Part shown: piece by piece, positions 61,834 through 64,000 of the stretch
Numbering within the stretch: the first letter of the stretch is position 1
How the letters are laid out: the number at the start of each line of letters is the position of its first letter
Assembly: GCA_041611735.1 (NCBI GenBank)
Contig: JBFIML010000001.1
Location: 32,001-96,000 of the forward strand
Direction: 5' to 3'
DNA: 64,000 nucleotides
From: Myxococcota bacterium
Lineage (GTDB): Bacteria > Myxococcota_A > UBA9160 > PR03
The notes under the pieces: model-generated
What the model was told of the DNA's origin: nothing
What the model saw: only the letters and a program-made list of their open reading frames with translations
Database searches by the model: none
Translations under genes and position numbers: made by a program

Positions 61834-63549
61834 ATGGACGTGGTCCGTCACGACCTGATCATCGTGGGCGGAGGCGCGGCTGGCCTGCGCGCGGCGATCG
61901 CGGCGGTGGAGGCCGACCCCGGCCTGAGCGTCGCGCTGGTGTCCAAGGTCTATCCGATGCGCAGCCACACCGTGTCCGCCGAGGGGGGGGCGGCCGCGGT
62001 GGCGCGCGCCGACGACACCCTGGACATGCACGCCTACGACACCATCAAGGGGTCCGACTTCCTCGCGGACCAGGACACCGTGGAGTACTTCGTCGAGGAG
62101 TGCCCCAAGGAGCTCACGCTGCTCGAGCACTGGGGTTGCCCGTGGAGCCGCAACGAGGACGGCAGCGTGGCCACCCGTGCCTTCGGCGGCATGACCACGA
62201 AGCGCACCTGGTTCGCTGCCGACAAGGTCGGCTTCCACATGCTGCACACGCTGTTCCAGCACTCCATGCGCTTCGACCGCATCGTCCGTTACGACGAGCA
62301 GTTCGTGTCGAAGCTCCTGGTGCACAACGGGCAGGTGGGCGGAGTAGCCGTCCTGGACGTCCGCACCGGCGAGGTGCGGGCGATCCTCGGGCGCGCCGTG
62401 ATTCTCACGACGGGCGGGGCAGGACGCATCTTTCCCTTCACCACCAACGGGACCATCAAGACCGGAGACGGCATGGCGCTGGCCTATCGGGTGGGCGTGC
62501 CCCTCAAGGACATGGAGTTCGTCCAGTACCACCCGACGGGCCTGCCGGGCACGGGGATCCTGATCACCGAGGCGACCCGCGGCGAGGGCGGCTACCTGAT
62601 CAACGCGGAGGGCGAGCGCTTCCTCACCACCCGCGACTACGGCGTCGGGCAGAAGGCGGAGCTCGGCCCACGCGACATGATCTCCCGCGCCATCATCCAG
62701 GAGATGCAGGCCGGACGCGGCATCAAGGGGCCCTACGGAGAATACGTGCACCTGGACCTCCGGCACCTGGGCGAGGAGAAGATCAACCAACGCCTGCCCT
62801 TCGTACGCGAGCTGGCACGCACCTACGCCGGCGTCGACCCGGTGCACGAGCCGATCCCGATCCGGCCGGTCGTTCACTACATGATGGGCGGTGTGGACAC
62901 GGACGTGGACGGCGCCACGGTGCTCCGCGGGCTCTACGCCGCGGGTGAGACCGCCTGCGTGACCATCAACGGAGCCAACCGGCTCGGCTCGAATTCGCTG
63001 ACCGAGTGTCTCGTCTTCGGGGCCCGAGCCGCGAGGCATGCGGCGCGTTTCGTCCGCGAGTGCAGCGCGCCGGACGAGCCCGCGCTGCGCCGGCAGATCG
63101 AGGACGAGGCCGGCCGCATCGCCAACCTGCGCGGCCGCAAGAAGGGCGGCGAGCGCATGACGCCCCTCCGCCGCGAGCTGAACGAAGCCATGGAGAGCGG
63201 CTGTGGCGTGTACCGGGAGGAAGGCGCCACGCGAGCGGCGCTCCAGACCATCGCCCAGCTCAAGGGGCGCCATGCGGACCTCCGGCTGGAGGACGACAGC
63301 AAGGTGTTCAACACCGAACTCGTCCAGGCCCTCGAGCTCGCAAACATGCTCGATGTGGCGGAGGCGGTGGCCATCTCGGCGCTGCACCGCAGGGAGTCGC
63401 GCGGTGCCCACAGCCGCCGCGACCATCCGAAGCGCAACGACGGCGACTTCCTGCACCACATCGTGGCGAGCTTCGACCCCGGCGGGCCGCGGCTCGGCCA
63501 GAAGGCCGTGACCCTCACCCGCTGGCAGCCGGAGGAACGCAAGTACTGA
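61834..63549 (+). CDS. frdA: Fumarate reductase/succinate dehydrogenase flavoprotein (FrdA-like)
   Basis: SKVYPMRSHTVSAEGG, RTWFAADK.GFHMLHTLFQ, QYHPT, HY.MGG, GANRLGSNSL, ESRGAH. Confidence 0.9.
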   Translation: MDVVRHDLIIVGGGAAGLRAAIAAVEADPGLSVALVSKVYPMRSHTVSAEGGAAAVARADDTLDMHAYDTIKGSDFLADQDTVEYFVEECPKELTLLEHWGCPWSRNEDGSVATRAFGGMTTKRTWFAADKVGFHMLHTLFQHSMRFDRIVRYDEQFVSKLLVHNGQVGGVAVLDVRTGEVRAILGRAVILTTGGAGRIFPFTTNGTIKTGDGMALAYRVGVPLKDMEFVQYHPTGLPGTGILITEATRGEGGYLINAEGERFLTTRDYGVGQKAELGPRDMISRAIIQEMQAGRGIKGPYGEYVHLDLRHLGEEKINQRLPFVRELARTYAGVDPVHEPIPIRPVVHYMMGGVDTDVDGATVLRGLYAAGETACVTINGANRLGSNSLTECLVFGARAARHAARFVRECSAPDEPALRRQIEDEAGRIANLRGRKKGGERMTPLRRELNEAMESGCGVYREEGATRAALQTIAQLKGRHADLRLEDDSKVFNTELVQALELANMLDVAEAVAISALHRRESRGAHSRRDHPKRNDGDFLHHIVASFDPGGPRLGQKAVTLTRWQPEERKY

Positions 63550-64000
63550 TGGACGATCTGCAGAACAAGACCTTCGTGGTGACGCGCTTCGACCCGGATC
63601 GGGACGCGGCGCCCCGCACCCAGTCCTACGAGATCCCGTGCCGTTCCGACTGGAAGGTCCTCGACGCGCTCAACCACATCAAGGACGAGATCGACGCGAC
63701 GCTCTCCCATCGCTGGTCCTGCCGCATGGCCGTGTGCGGGAGCTGCGGCATGAACGTGAACGGGGAGCCGAAGCTCACCTGCAAGGCCGCGCTCGCCGGC
63801 TACGGGGACGTTGTCGAAGTGGCGCCGCTCGCCAACTTCCCGATCGTCCGCGACCTGGTCGTCGACATGGAAGGCTTCATGGAGAAGTTCCAGGCCGTGA
63901 AGCCCTGGATCATCGAGGCCAAGGCGCGCGCGGTGGAGGAAGGACCGCACCGCCAGTCGCCGGAGCAGCTCGAGGCGTTCCGTCAGTTCAGCATGTGCAT
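63549..64000 (+). CDS. frdB: Fumarate reductase/succinate dehydrogenase Fe-S subunit, 3'-truncated
   Basis: ATG overlaps the frdA stop; RWSCRMAVCGSCGM, PLANFPIVRDLVVD. Confidence 0.9.
   Translation, partial: MDDLQNKTFVVTRFDPDRDAAPRTQSYEIPCRSDWKVLDALNHIKDEIDATLSHRWSCRMAVCGSCGMNVNGEPKLTCKAALAGYGDVVEVAPLANFPIVRDLVVDMEGFMEKFQAVKPWIIEAKARAVEEGPHRQSPEQLEAFRQFSMC

Overview
This is a very GC-rich, gene-dense bacterial chromosomal window with about 57 CDS. The gene content looks Myxococcota/deltaproteobacteria-like (inference only). Most genes are housekeeping or metabolic: nadE, apaH, a DHH phosphoesterase, an RlmD-like methyltransferase, grxD, nfu, mscS, an ntrBC-like pair with thiE and nupC, a MoxR/DUF58/Bat (VWA) operon, rfaE2, an AsmA-like gene, ptsP, leuS, a PPDK regulator, an MMPL transporter, aguBA, two secreted hydrolases behind a sigma54 promoter, and frdAB. 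I found no CRISPR array, rRNA, tRNA, transposase or prophage. The best candidate for something undescribed is a ~480-nt region without a credible ORF (10145-~10620) between apaH and a convergent gene. It sits directly behind a well-spaced sigma70 promoter, folds into three consecutive multi-stem domains with G-U wobbles on the + strand, and lacks the motifs I recall for RNase P RNA, tmRNA and SRP RNA, so it is a candidate large structured ncRNA. Other notable items are a 147-bp MITE-like element that supplies the stop codons of two convergent genes, a polytopic aldo-keto reductase/Fe-S protein with an internal twin-arginine motif, an orphan OLD-type TOPRIM gene, an extended cold-shock protein, a possible ATT start for ptsP, and several operator or promoter sites.
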